Source of the DNA: Felis catus
Taxonomy: Eukaryota
Reading direction: 5' to 3'
Length of the DNA stretch: 64,000 bases
Assembly (NCBI RefSeq): GCF_018350175.1
Contig: NC_058369.1
Coordinates: 29,450,001 to 29,514,000 of the forward strand
The position numbers were made by a program, and so were the translations under genes. The first letter of the stretch is position 1, and every line of letters starts with the position of its first letter. This document shows positions 36,403-49,345 of this stretch, piece by piece. Below the pieces are notes generated by a model, which searched no databases, was not told the origin of the DNA, and worked only from the letters and a program-made list of their open reading frames with translations.

Positions 36403-36860
36403 TGCCACAGTCCCTAAAACTGCCTACCCTGTATTTGGCTTGTTTCACTTACTTGTTACCTTCTTGGCATCCTTATATCATTTGTGTCCTTATCATATCA
36501 TTTTACAGTGGGATTCTTCTAGCAATTTGAGGTGTCCATAAGCAGAATAGGGAGGAAGTCAGTGCTAGCAAAAGTGATAGCTACTTTCTTTAAAGGAAAG
36601 TTGTAGGTATTTTTCTTAGTAATATAGAGTTGGCTAGATTTGTTATTTTTAGGTACAGAACACTTCACTCAAATACTCTTTCACATCACCCTCTTTCCCC
36701 CAATATATAGACTTGAAGAGAGACTCGGAATCTACAGCCCTATCCTCTTGGCTTCCTTTACATTCCTTAAATAGTTCCTGATGGGCCACTTAAGGACCAT
36801 GGGACACAGTGGTTAAATCACTAGCTTTGATAATCGTTGGAAATCTGCATTTGTCTACAA

Positions 36861-37091
36861 CAGTGTTTCTCAGAACTGGCACCATTGACATTTTGGGCTG
36901 TGTAATTCACTGGAGTACCTATGGGGCTGGACTGTATGTCCTGGGATGTTTAGCGGCATTGCTGGCCTCTGTCCACTAGATGCCAGTGTCACTTCCCTTC
37001 CCAAGTTGTGACAATCAAAAATGTGTCTAGACATTGCAAATCTCCAGGGAGCTGCTGGGTTGTCAAAATTGGCCCTGGTTGAGAATCACTG
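36861..37091 (-). mobile_element. MER20-like MITE, full length
   Basis: CAGTGTTTCTCA...CATTGACATTTTGGGC...CCACTAGATGCCAGT...GTTGTGACAATCAAAAATGT..AGACATTGC...GTTGAGAATCACTG. Confidence 0.9.
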
Positions 37092-37326
37092 GCTCTACCT
37101 TAGTTTGGTTGTATCTCTTTAGTCTTATGTACACATCTGAGAGTATTTACTGGGCTTTCATGATGACGCATCAACTTTAGAGAACTGTGTATTTGACTCC
37201 TCCATAATTTATTTGTAAAATGGGTTTTATTAAGACCTTTCTCATAGGACTTAGGAAAGTAAATGTGGGCAAAAAGATGTAGCAGTATAGAGCTTGGAGA
37301 CAGACTATAAACCTTACAGTAGATTA

Positions 37327-37535
37327 ATGTTTATTTATTTTTGAGAGAGAGAGCGAGAGCATGCGTGCATGAGTGGGGGAGGGGCAGAGAGAGAGGGAGA
37401 CACAGAAACTGAAGCGGGCTCCAGGCTTTGAGCTGTCAGCACAGACCCCGACGCAGGGCTCCCACTCGTGAACCACACGATCATGACCTTAGCAGAAGTC
37501 GGGTGCTTTAACTGACTGAGCCATTCAGTTGCCCC
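37327..37535 (-). mobile_element. CanSINE
   Basis: Canonical reverse; decayed TSD TTAC(A/G)G(T/C)AGATTA. Confidence 0.93.
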
Positions 37536-38595
37536 AACATTACGGCAGATTAGACTGTTGAGTAGAGTGTTTGTTTCTGAAGTTGTTTTGTGCAGGCTGT
37601 TTCTAAACGTTCTTCTAATTCCTTTGAAATAAATACTTACTTCAGAGTATTAATCACCTTTCATGGTACCCACTGCTGTGAACTTTCTTCTTACTACCTC
37701 CTACTCCCACCCTCAATCACCACACATATAACAGGACACACATATAACAGACCTGTTGCTTTCCTCCTTAAAGTCTCATATGCCAGGGGTAAGAGCTTTG
37801 TGGGATGGGCATTCCACATTTGATTAACTCTCAGGTGGCATCAGGACCGGCGCTGTCCCTCCTTCCTTCTACTTGCCAAATCTTTAATTTCCTGAGAATG
37901 TAAGCTGGGAACAATTTTCCAAATGGAAAAATCATTTGGCATTTTGAAACATAATTAGAGAGCGTCTGAGTAACTCATAAATCGTGGGTCAGTGAACTGC
38001 ATGGGCTGGTTACACAATGCCAGTGACTAGTTGGAAAGCCGCCTCCGTTGAACCAAATGGTTTGCTCAGATGGATTTACCTTCTGTAAGACGGGGTTTGT
38101 TAAAATAGGTTTATACCCTTTAGGTAATCAGAATGTCCTGCAAAATGGGCTGTTCTGATATGAACGAACTTTGAAGTTATGTTAATGCACTTACTGTGGT
38201 GTTACTTCTCATTGCATTAGACAGATGAGTTGCTGATCTCCGTCATGAGGGTTTGGCGTGGTGCCATGTTGGTGACACAGCTGGTATGAGATACTAAGGG
38301 TTCCCAGCCATGTGCCATTTCACTTACCTGTATTTTTCCAGAGAACTTTGGAGGTCACACACACTCCCATGAATGTCAACATTCATCAGTCAAGGATTTG
38401 TGTATCTAAATGTACTTCATGCTAGTTGACATCTTAGTTTTTAGAGTGTTCCTCTGTGGATTCAGGCCGCTCTGGGTTTACCTCTGTCAGACTCCTAGTT
38501 ACACTGTGTTGCAATCACCTGTTCACTTCTTTGTCTTTCCTGCTAGATTGTATAGATTTGAGCACTAGTTTTTGTGCTTGTTCTTGTCTATTTCT

Positions 38596-38818
38596 TTTTT
38601 TTTTTATTAAAAAAATTTTTTTTAACATTTATTTATTATTGAGAGACAGAGCATGAGCATGGCAGGGGCAGAGAGAAGAGGAGACACAGAATGTGAAGCA
38701 GGCTCCAGTCTCTGAGCTGTCAACACAGAGCCTGACGCGGGGCTCGAACTCATAAGCCGCGGGATCATGACCTGAGCTGAAGTCGGGTGCTTAACCGGCT
38801 GAGCCATGCAGGTGCCCC
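38596..38818 (-). mobile_element. CanSINE
   Basis: TSD TTGTCTATTTCT. Confidence 0.95.
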
Positions 38819-38904
38819 ATTTTTGTCTATTTCTGTATCAAGTATGACCCTAAATAAAGTAGACCGACAGGAGATGTTTGATGGCTATGACTGGCCCAGT
38901 GTCC

Positions 38905-39600
38905 TCTGGTTATTCCTCTAAAATCTCTTCTAGTATTCACCCTCCATTTTGCATTTCCTTTGCTGCCCTCTTGAGGATTTACCATCTTGACTGGGCGATT
39001 CTAGGAGATGCTTGATGATCACCCTATTGCCACTTTTCCTCTTAGAAGACAGAACTCATTTTGTTACCTTCAATGTTCTGATTTTGTCAAGGCCACTAAT
39101 GTCCATAGGTGGTTGGTTGCCCGCAGTAGAATGCCTTGGCAATTTATTATATGGACAGGTTTTTTGAGGCTGGGCCTTCTTCTTCTTGGGGATTTAACTT
39201 TTTTTTTTTTTAATTATCACTGTAATGGTAATAAAGCCTTGGGGAAGAAAAGAAAAATGATATAAAATTGACATGCTGAACTACATTCCTATCTTTTAAC
39301 CAAATGATCCCTCAGCTTCTTTTTGTTCTGCTTAACATATCAGGCTCTTTGCCACTTATGTACTGGTGAGGGTCCTTCTGTTCCAGGTTCCTGTCTGCCT
39401 TTCCCTGTGGTTCACCATCCGGGGTGCTCTGGCCCATTGCACAAAGCCTATGAAGTACAAAAGTCCTGTCATCTGGAAATCTTTCCCTGATTTCTCCAGG
39501 CAGCATAATCTTCCCTACTAGAATGTCCTTTCAAAATACCTCTAAAATGATATTCCACATTTAGCAATTCAAAGCTCACCTTGTTCCAGAAAAGGTAGTT
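38905..39600 (+). mobile_element. L2 fragment(s)
   Basis: ACCATC..GACTGGGCGATT...GCCACTAATGTCC...TTCCCTACTAGAATGTCCTT...TTCAAAGCTCA; weak L2-like profile. Confidence 0.35.
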
Positions 39601-39814
39601 TATGGGATATGGAAGAGTCTGTAAGAATTCCATGGGGACAAAAACCAGTGTCTTTGAGGGTTAGGATCTAAAGGATGGCCAGAAATGAGATTAATATAAA
39701 AAATGCACATCATAAAATCGGAAATTTTTTTAATGCGTTGAAATAGTACTTTTCTTGTTGTATTCTTTATTTTTTCTTTGCTGTGTTTGGTATAAATTTG
39801 TGTATGTATGTAGT

Positions 39815-40120
39815 TTCCCAGTTTCATTGAGATAGGACAAAGAGCTCTAAGAACAGGTTGTATAGCATGATGATTTGTCTTACATGTATCATACAATGGT
39901 TACCACAATACGTTTAGCTGATTCCATCATCTCCTATAGATCCAAAAGCATGTATAGTTATATTCTTTTCCTTATGATGAAAACCCTTAGGATCTGGTCT
40001 GTTAACAACTTCCCTTTATATCCTACAGCAGTGTTAGCTAAAGTCATCATGTTGTACATGGCAGCCATAGTATTTATTTCTTTTATAACTGGAAATCTTC
40101 ACCTTTTGACCACGTTCTTA
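39815..40120 (-). mobile_element. L1MA9/carnivore-type 3' end
   Basis: TTTCCCAGTTTCATTGAGATAGGACA...CCTTATGATGAAAACCCTTAGGATCT...AGTCATCATGTTGTACAT...ATAACTGGAAA...CCTTTTGACC. Confidence 0.85.
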
Positions 40121-40329
40121 CATCTTACTTGTATTCTTGTCTTCACTTATAGGTTTTTGGTGATTAAAATGGTAGAAGACAATAAAAAATGTATGACATC
40201 TTTGGGACATTTGTAGCCCCTTCCCTCCTCTTACTTCCTAATAAATTGTTTTGGGAGTTTCCCATTTTTTCCCCCTGACTTCCCATCTGACACTTACCTG
40301 TAGGGTTGCTGCATTGATGTTTATGTTAT

Positions 40330-40790
40330 TGCAATGAAATGCTGTAGGAGACAGAACATGGATTTAGTTAATGAGTTGAAGGTGGTACCATTCACTTACA
40401 CATGGTGTGCCAGTGAGGTGTGGTGAGTGTTGAGGTTATCTGAGATGCTGGGCTGTGCTCAGAAGCTGAGAGCGTAGTCTAGTTGGAGGTGTAGACTGCA
40501 GAAGGTAAGAAACATGCCTGAAATGGTTAGAAATTGTGTTAAGTCCTCTGGAGGAAAGGAAGTTTGAGACAGTTGATCTGCCTTGAATAGAGGTTGCAGA
40601 AGGTCTTTTCAGGATTGCATTTAAGCTGAACCATGGAAAAGTGTGAAAACTTGAGATTTTCTTGTCTGTTGAGGTAGGGTGTTGTTTCTGGCAGAGAGAA
40701 CTGTTTACCCAAAGGCCTTAAGGCAAATGATACCTTGATTATGTTTGAAGAAGTGAAGAGTGTTCATGTAATTGGAATAATAATTAAAAT
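40330..40790 (-). mobile_element. L2 fragment
   Basis: GAAGGTGGTACCATTCAC...TGTTGAGGTTATCTGAGATG...TTTAAGCTGAAC...GGCAGAGAGAAC...CAAAGGCCTTAAGGCA. Confidence 0.5.
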
Positions 40791-40845
40791 GTTTTTCTTG
40801 GAAAAAGTTGAAATTCTCCTTAAAGGCAGGAACTTTTTTTTTTAA

Positions 40846-41057
40846 TTTTTTTTTAACTTTTATTTATTTTTGAGACAGAGAGAGACAGAGCATGAACGGG
40901 GGAGGGTCACAGAGAGAGGGAGACACAGAATCTGAAACAGGCTCCAGGCTCTGAGCTGTCAGCACAGAGCCCAATGCAGGGCTCGAACCCACAGACCGTG
41001 AGATCATGACCTGAGCCGAAGTCGGATGCTTAACTGACCGAGCCACCCAGGCGCCCC
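40846..41057 (-). mobile_element. CanSINE inserted in the tail of the next copy
   Basis: Flanked by CAGGAACTTTTTTTTTTAA at 40827 and 41057. Confidence 0.96.
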
Positions 41058-41063
41058 AGGAAC

Positions 41064-41270
41064 TTTTTTTTTTAACGTTTATTTATTTTTGAGAGACGGG
41101 AGCATGAGCAGGGGAGAGGCAGAGAGAGAGAGGGAGCCACAGAATCTGAAGCAGGCTCCAGGCTCTGAGCTGTCAGCACAGAGCCCGACGCGGGGCTCGA
41201 ATTCATGGAGTTTGAGATCATGACCTGAGATAAGTCAGACGCTTAACCGACTGAGCCACCCAGGTGCCCC
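41064..41270 (-). mobile_element. CanSINE (host tail)
   Basis: Canonical reverse, ends CAGGTGCCCC. Confidence 0.95.
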
Positions 41271-42285
41271 ATGAAAGTTTTTATCTTTGAAGGTCTTCAT
41301 CTCTTTTTGATTTAAAGAAGCAGGTATTTATACAAGGCTACATGATGCTGCAAGGTTTCCATATGCCACTTCAACTAAACTCTAAGGGAGTGATCTTCAG
41401 ATTTGATTCCTGACAGATTTTAAATGCCCCTAGCAAAAGAAAACCCCAAAGGAAACCATGGTTAAAGCTTGGGAAAGTGGGATGCTTCAGGTTTAATCAG
41501 AATACCTGCTCTTATGCCCAGAGCCGCATATAGATCTGTCCTGCATTTGTAGTCAGTAAATAATGTTGACATGTAGTGTTGGCTTTCATTGTTGGCTGGA
41601 GCAAAATGTCATTTATTTTACTCTGCCAACTTGAAAACCATGCTCTTTTATGAAAATACAAGTAGATGAGGTGTAGAGGTGGGGTTTTTGCTGTCTTTTC
41701 AACCAATTTGTGAATTTCATAGATCATCTAACAGGGTAAACTGACAGTTTTGCTCAGAGTCACACAATGGGCAAAATATGTTCTGAGGTTTGCTTGTAAA
41801 CCTCAATTTTTCTGTGCTTTTTCAAAAACAAAACAAAACAACAACAACAACAAAAAGACAAAGCCCAACTCACCTGTGTGGGTTTCTTTTGAATACCGTG
41901 GTGTATTTGAAAACTACACTCAAGGCTAAAGAAGCAAAAATTATTAGCCATTTTCCTGCTGCCAAGAACTAGCTGTTACTGGTCTGTTCTTTCCTGGATT
42001 CGTTTTCTCTATGTGCGTGTTCACCTTGATTTATGCAGGAACTCTAATATGTGCAGTTTTATTATCCTGCCTTGTTCTTACCTCTTACCTGTCCCTCAGT
42101 GTCCATTAATTGAGAAACAAAACTAGGTGTCAAATCAGACTGTCCGTTTCATCATTGGTAGTGCTGAACTGAACAGCACTTCTTAGACCTACAGTGAACC
42201 ATCTTTATACTTTTCTCTTGAGTCTACATCTTGGGATGTATCCATGGGGCGATGGGCCATAAAAGGTGGTTTGAAAGCATTTAGA

Positions 42286-42505
42286 GGGGCATCTGGGTGG
42301 CTCAGTCGGTTAAGCATCCAACTTCGATCAGGTCATGATCTCACGGTCTGTGGATTCGAGCCCCGCGTCAGGCTCTGTGCTGACATCTAGGAGCCTGGAG
42401 CCTGCTTTGGATTCTCTGTCTCCCTCTCTCTGTACCCCTCCCCTGCTCATGCTCTGTCTCTCTCTCTCTCTCTTTCTCAAAAATAAATAGGTGTTAAAAA
42501 AAATT
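42286..42505 (+). mobile_element. CanSINE
   Basis: TSD AAAGCA(T/A)TTAGA. Confidence 0.95.
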
Positions 42506-44759
42506 AAAGCAATTAGATAGTTAGAGGACTAGCCTACAGGGGCAGGTTGCATACCAGTTAGAGTTGGGGGGGGGCGGGCACTTATCATAGACAAATTATC
42601 CCTAGAGAACCTATAAGATACTTCACTGTACCCACTGGGTCCTCCTTCCAGTTCCAAATCAGAAAAGCCATCTCCTTCCTTGGGAGAATAGTAGATTAGG
42701 GGATTGAGATGGAGAAATTATTACTCCCCTCTTACAGGGGATGGAGTATAAAACCATTTCCTTCCAGGCCACTTGAGCATACACATAAAAATAAGCACTT
42801 CCTCTTTGAATTTTCAAATCTTAATGTTATGTTGAATGACTGCCTAATAGCGCATTTATTTATCTGTAGTTTTATGTCTTTTTATGGGGCGTGGTGTGTT
42901 TGTTTTATTGAATATTTTGGTTTGAGATCCCAAGGAAGCCTTTAGAAAGATGGGTGTGGCCTGGTATAAGTAGGATAGTGTTCAAGGACGTTGACATCTG
43001 GTGTTGGTTGTTCTACATCTTGTCCTGTGTGCCTGCTTAGAGCCCACCGATAGCTGTCAGAATCCATACAAGAGGATCTTACCAGAGGGAAAGGTAGAAC
43101 ACTTGAACCAGGTAATCTGGAAGCTGATGGGAAAGGTTATTTGACACAAGCCATGTTGCTGGGGAAATACTTCCTAGTTAGTCATGACCCACGATCATTT
43201 TGAGCTACCTTAACTAGCCCTTCCATTTTATGTTTCTTTGCAGATTTGTGTTTTATAGATAATCTTCTTCCAAATAGAAGGGTTTTATTTTCTGCTTAAT
43301 TGAGTGTAAACAATTGATTACATGTTTGCTTCACAGACTCTGAGTGTTGTGGCATTTTTCTGCTGTTGGAGAATTGATCAGCAAGAGAACTGGACTTCTC
43401 TCTCTCTCTTTTTTTTTTTTAAAGTGAAGTTTTGATTAGAGATGAAGTCAAACAGTGCTCAGTGTTCATGGACGATCAAGCAAAGCAATGAAGCATCCTG
43501 TGTGCTCTGCTAATAAGAGGAAAAACTCTCCAGTTCCAATTTTCTGATTGTCTTCCACTTAAACATTATCTGTAAATACTATTTTTAAAGTATAAATAAC
43601 CATAACGTCTTATTTTTAAGTGCCATCATTAAATACTCATTTCAGCCTGGTAAAACAAATTCAGCCCTTTCTGAGGAGAGAAAGGAAAGTCGAAAACAAA
43701 TCTATCGGATGAGACTCTGTTGTGATTGCTAAACCCCTGGCAGTCATTTCTTTACCTAACCAACAGCCATTAAACCAATTTTAACAAGACCTCTAGACAC
43801 AGTGAAAAACACATGGTAAGAATAAAGAGTCTAGCAAAACTTTGAAGATTTTCTCACTTAGAGATTTCCCAATTCACTATTTACAATCATGTCCCCGGTC
43901 TTAAAGTGTATTCAGATTTCTTCAGGCTAGGAAAAAATAAACGCACACATACCGTAAGGGAAACTTATTTACCACATTAATGAAAGTCTTGGAACTTTGG
44001 ATGTAAGTTGCTCTTTAACCCTTCTGTGTGCTATGTGGCGGCACAGTATATGGTTGGACTATTGTTGTTGTGCAAATTCACCACGTATTACAAGCTTTAG
44101 TTACGGATGATGGCTTTCAGTAAGCTAAAAACTAGTGAGAAAAAAAAAGCTGACGGTTAAATCATCCATATTTATTTAGAGCAAAAAAAGGGACCTCGGA
44201 GTATCTTTGCATATAATCTTTACTCTTAAACAAAAATTAATACAACCCTTATCTAAATAGTGCTGAGGTAACATTCCTGGAAATGCAGAGATATTAGAGG
44301 AACATTACTCAATCTAATTTGTCATAGGAACAATGTTAATAGATTCAATCAGAGGGTTCTGGAGAATAGCAAAATGGATTAAGGTGATACCAAATAAGGG
44401 AGATACATTTATAAAGACAGAGAGAGAGTCAGAAATATAGATGATACTCAAATACGTGGTTTTATGACTGAGTGGATTATTCATGTCTTTGTTTACACCC
44501 GTAAGAATTTTAGGGGGTAACTTTGTATTTTTACATAATTTCAAACTTCAAAAATGAGTTGAAAAAACAGTGCAAAACTATCTGTGTGTCTTTAACTCAG
44601 AGTCATCAGTATTTAAGTCATTTTTCCCTCTGTATTTATTTGAGAAAGTTTCGAGCATTATGCCCCGTAACATAAATATTTCACTATCTATATCCTCAGA
44701 AAAAAGGACATTTTTTACATACCAACAGTAAATTGTCTGAATCTGGAAATTCTCTGTTG

Positions 44760-45770
44760 ATGTGATCCTGTTATCTAAATCCACATTCCATCTTCATATC
44801 CCACCATTTTGTCCCTATTATGTCCTTTATGGTCGTTTTCGCTCAAGATCCAGGATCATGCAATGTATCAGTTGTAAAGTTCTTGTAATGTCCTTTAATT
44901 TGGAACGTTCCTCAGTTTGTCATTGCATTTTATGAAATTGGCATCTCAAGCAGAAGGGGCTAGTTTTTTTGCAAACTGTTCCCCATATAGGTTTCTCTGA
45001 TATTTCCTTATGGATAAATTTAGGTTATGCATTTTTGGCTGGAACAAACATAGGCGATATTGTGTTTTTCTCAGTGCGTCAAATTAGGAGGCGTTGGTCG
45101 TCAAGTGATATTTTTTAAAACTGAAGGTTAAATCTGGCGTCCACCGGATTTCTTAACTTTGAACCTGTTATTTTCTCACGTTATTAATAAGTGATTTGTT
45201 GGTTGCTAACTGCGCATCTGGGTAAATTTGCGCTTTTTCATCAAAACTTTACCCACTAGCTTTAACATCCCTAGATAATTGTTGATGATACTGTGACAGT
45301 TGCCAAAAAGTGATTTTCTAACTCTGTGGTTCCTTTACGTTTATTTCTCTACGTTAGCTGGCATTCTCCTGGAAGGAAGTACTTCCTTTTCTCCTCTGGT
45401 TACGTTTTTTCAGTCACTGATGTTTATCATTAGGACTCCTATATTATTGCTTTTTTTTTTAAGTTTATTTATTTATTTTGAGAGAGAGAGAGAGAACGTG
45501 GAAGGGGCAGAGAAGGAAGGAGAGAGAGAGAGAACCCAAGCAGGCCCTGCACCATCAGCCCAGAACCAAACGTGGGGCTTGAATTCACGAACCGCAAGAA
45601 CATGAACTAGTCCAATGCCCAACAGACTGAGCCACCCAGGTGCCCCTATATTCTTGCTTTTATTCAGTGGCTAAAACCCCTTATTTTGGTGTTCAAATTG
45701 ATTGTCCCAGATTTGGCTAGTGGGATCCCTTCAAGCTAATTCCTGGGTCATTTGAACATGTCCCTATTAT
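44760..45770 (-). mobile_element. L1MC4/5-type 3' region interrupted by CanSINE
   Basis: CAAGATCCAGGATCATGCA...TCCTTTAATTTGGAACGTTCCTCAG...TTTAGGTTATGCATTTTTGGC...TTGTCCCAGATTTGGCTAGTGGGA.CCCTTCAAGCT. Confidence 0.8.
45455..45646 (-). mobile_element. CanSINE (older, diverged)
   Basis: TSD CTATATT(A/C)TTGCTTT. Confidence 0.9.
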
Positions 45771-47253
45771 GTCTAACTTGATTAGGAGGGTTCAATTTTA
45801 ACACAATAGTAGAATATTGATATACCCCGTGATGTGGAAACTTTAACCGTTATAATGTTGTTCTGTTCTATCAGTGTTTTTATGTTGCTCACATGAGAGG
45901 CTGTTGTTCTTATTTCTGGTCTATATATTTGAATTGTTAGCTGGTGTAGATATTACAGTCTACTTACAGTTAATTAATATCATCTTAAAATGGAATCTTC
46001 CAATAAGTGGATGATTCTTAGGGGGATGGCATCATCCTCTACTCAGAAATCAGTCATGCCCAGCTAAACTATTTCCATAATGAACTGTAGATGTGATTTA
46101 GTATTTCCTTCTTGTTATTTTAATATTTAGCTTATTTCCCTTGTCACTTCTGTAGCTGTCCCATATTCATAATCTAGATTTAATTAAAAACAGAGCCTTC
46201 TAATATAGTGCCATACCTGCAAACAAGAATCAATGTCAGAGACACTGAGGATTGGGAGGGTTCTCTGTAAAGCACATGGAATCAACAGCAAGTGTTCTAC
46301 TAAGGGACAGCCAAATCATTCGATTTTGCACATAACTATTCTCATACTTATTGAAGAAAGATATTTTCAGTTTTTCCCACTTAAGCTTTTCTGCAGGGTA
46401 TATGGGGACAGCTGTTGCATTCTTTTTAGTAGCAGAATATGATTCATTTTGCAGTCTGAAGATCAAACTGAAAATCAGACTCAATTATTATCCTTAAGGT
46501 GTTTATTGGATGGAAAATAATCCACAGCTTGGTATGTAAGGTTAACTGGATTGCCAAATTTAACTACAGGAACAGTTTAGCAAAGGATGTTATCATTTCT
46601 ATTCTTCGATTCTCCTTATCTCCCTTCTCCGTTAATATGTAATATCTTGGATTAACCAAGCCCTGCATATTCCCACATAAGGCTATGGGTTATGCAAATA
46701 TTTGTGGGTTTTGTAGTTTTTTCTTCTTTTTCTACTACTTCTCTCTCTCTCTTTTTTTTTCTTTCCCTTGTCATAGCTTGGTTTTGTCAATTCTCTTTTC
46801 AGGTCCTAACTCAATAACTCTGTAGTATTTGAGCTAAGACATCTGGAAGCCTTAGCAGCAATGAAATTATAGGCATTCCTTGAAATAGCTATGTTACTAC
46901 GTTTCATCCCTTCTTGTTCTAAATGAGCAGAGGGTTGAAATCGAGTCTCCCTTTTCCAGCTTGCAAGTTTGAGAAAGGGTGTTTGGTATAAAAATTGGCA
47001 TTTTAAATGTAAATCCGACGTAAACCCCATTGCAGCAGGAGTTTTAGGCACAAAACATTTGTTTCTGTCCATGTGAGAGAAAATGGGGTGAGTTTCGCAG
47101 TGTTTACACTGTTACTTTTCACAGGTGTCCAAAGATGGCTTAGAATTAGTAACGTACTTATACAAACTTTGACCACTTGAAAATCATTACATTGGTTCTT
47201 GAAAATTCAGTGGTTTTATGGGTAGGAAATGTTGGTTTCAGGTGTCTAGTTTT

Positions 47254-47497
47254 TTTTTTAATTTTTTTTTCCTTTTTTGATGTTTATTTATTTTGAGAGA
47301 GAGAGAGACAGCATGAGCGGGGGAGGTTTGGGGGGGGGGTTGGCAGAGAGAAGGAAACACAGAATCCAAAGCAGCCTTCAGGTTCCAGGCTTTGAGCTGT
47401 CAGCACAGAGCCCAACATGGGGTTTGAATCCACGAACAGCGAGATCATGACCTGAGCTAAAATTGAATGCTTAACCGACTGAGCCACCCAGGTGCCC
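47254..47497 (-). mobile_element. CanSINE with G-run expansion
   Basis: TSD TTTCAGGTGTCT(A)GTTTT. Confidence 0.94.
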
Positions 47498-48244
47498 TTT
47501 CAGGTGTCTGTTTTATCTGTTTAAAATATTTTAAATTTAATACCTCCATTACCTTTCTTGTCCTCTGTTCTACCCTGTGTTTCATACCAGTTGGCTCAAA
47601 ACTACTCCCTAAAAGACCTTTTTTCTGAACCCTTCAAATGACATGAGTCTACATGGAGATTGTCAAGGTGCAAAGCATTTAATTTTTGTCTTCCAGTGTA
47701 AACATAGCTCTGTAGACTTAAAAAAAAAAAAAACCTTTCAGTCAGCTATTTGTTTTTCTTTTTTGAGTCAACCTGGCATTCACCTAATAGTGGTGAACAG
47801 ATACACAGTTCAGAAAATAAAATTCTAGGTCATAAAATGTTTCTATGTAGATGTTTACCTTTTGGAAAGCACATGGAGTAACAGAGAGATTAACCAACCA
47901 GAGGTTGGTTTTACGGTAGAAACAGGCATATTGCCTAGGTTCTTAAAGAGATGATTGTAGGACAGGTCAGTGTGATTTATTACACATCAGGTACTTGCTA
48001 AAACTTCTTCGACCCTTTAACTTACTATGGTCATTTCCTCACTTCAGAAACAGTAGTTGGTGTAAGATGTTCACCCACGCACGTGTCAATCCTTCTGGAA
48101 CTTAGCACTTTTCAAAGAACAGTTGTGTGATTTCACTGAATTGTTAACACAAACTGGTAATTCTTTTTCAGTATAAACGGATTTAGCTGAAGTTTTAAAA
48201 TTTCATGGCTGTCACTATGAAAGTAAGAATAACTTAAGTTTTTT

Positions 48245-48420
48245 ACTGAGTGCTGATAACGTGCTAGGCATTGTGCTATTTTTATGAAAGTTTTTCATTC
48301 AGGAGTCTCAGTTGCTTTGGGAAGTGGTGAGTATTTTTGCTATCCATTTTTTAGGTGAGAAAGCATATCTCAGCCTAAGGGGACACTCTTTAATCTACCC
48401 AGCTGAAGTGAAAGTAGCAG
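48245..48420 (-). mobile_element. MIR
   Basis: TACTGAGTGCT...GTGCTAGGCATTGTGCT...TCCATTTTTTAGGTGAGAAA. Confidence 0.6.
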
Positions 48421-48426
48421 AAACTT

Positions 48427-48647
48427 GGGGCGCCTGGGTGGCTCAGTCGGTTAAGCGTCCGACTTCGGCGCGGTCCATGGGTTCAAGCCCCGCGTCGGGC
48501 TCTGTGCTGACAGCTCAGAGCCTGGAGCCTGTTTCAGATTCTGTGTCTCCCTCTTTCTCTGACCCTCCCCTGTTCATGCTCTCTCTCTGCCTCAAAAATA
48601 AATAAATGTTAAAAAAAAATTTTTTTAAATGGGCTAAATTAAAAAAA
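48427..48647 (+). mobile_element. CanSINE with ~15-nt internal deletion and composite tail
   Basis: GACTTCGGC^GCGGTCC lacks TCAGGTCATGATCTC; TSD AAAGTAG(C/T)AGAAACT. Confidence 0.95.
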
Positions 48648-49204
48648 AAAGTAGTAGAAACTAGATTTCCAACTCCCATGGTGTGAGTGCAACACTGAGG
48701 TAAGGACCCAGCCTTCTCTAGCTGATTATCAGTATCTGCATGTATCACCTACTGAAATAATGAACCAGGCGTATTTTGTTCAGTTTTAAACAAGATGGCT
48801 TTAAGGGTCTAGGCTGGCTAATGACTAAAGAGAGGGTCTGATACAGACTATGAACCCAACTTGATGTGCTCAAAGCCTCCATTTCACTTTCTAACAGGGA
48901 TGTAACAGATGTTATTGCATTTGGTCCATTATCTTGATAGGTGGCATGTCATTATCAGCAATGACTGATGAAGTGCCGACGGCTGCTGTTAGGAGCCTTG
49001 TGCCATCCGGGAGGGAGATCTAATCGGAGTGCTCTGAGTGCAAAAAATGGAAGAACTTATCAAGGTGTTTAGGAGGTAGCATGTTTTGAGAAAGCGAGTC
49101 CGCACGCTGCTGAAAGATCTTGTGGTAGGGCCTGCTGAAGGATCCGGAACTGTAAGACACGAGGTTGTAACACTCAGATTCCTTTGCTGTTAAGGATAAC
49201 AGCA

Positions 49205-49345
49205 GCACTATTAATCGAGCACCAGGCCCTGTTCATTTGCATTGTCCGTAGTAAGTAAGTGAATCCTCACGAGAACCCCACAAGGTAGACACTGTTTTAT
49301 CTCTTATTAACATTCTGAGCAGCTAAGACTAAGAGTGCTTCAGTT
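49205..49345 (-). mobile_element. MIR
   Basis: TTAATCGAGCACCAGG...GAATCCTCAC.AGAACCCCACAAGGTAG. Confidence 0.6.

Noticed and set aside
48958-49041. C/D snoRNA-like layout (CTGATGA at 48965, CTGA at 49034)
   Set aside because: The C box lacks the purine, no k-turn-compatible terminal stem (G opposite G), and no rRNA/snRNA complement that I recognise. An Rfam/snoscan search would settle it.
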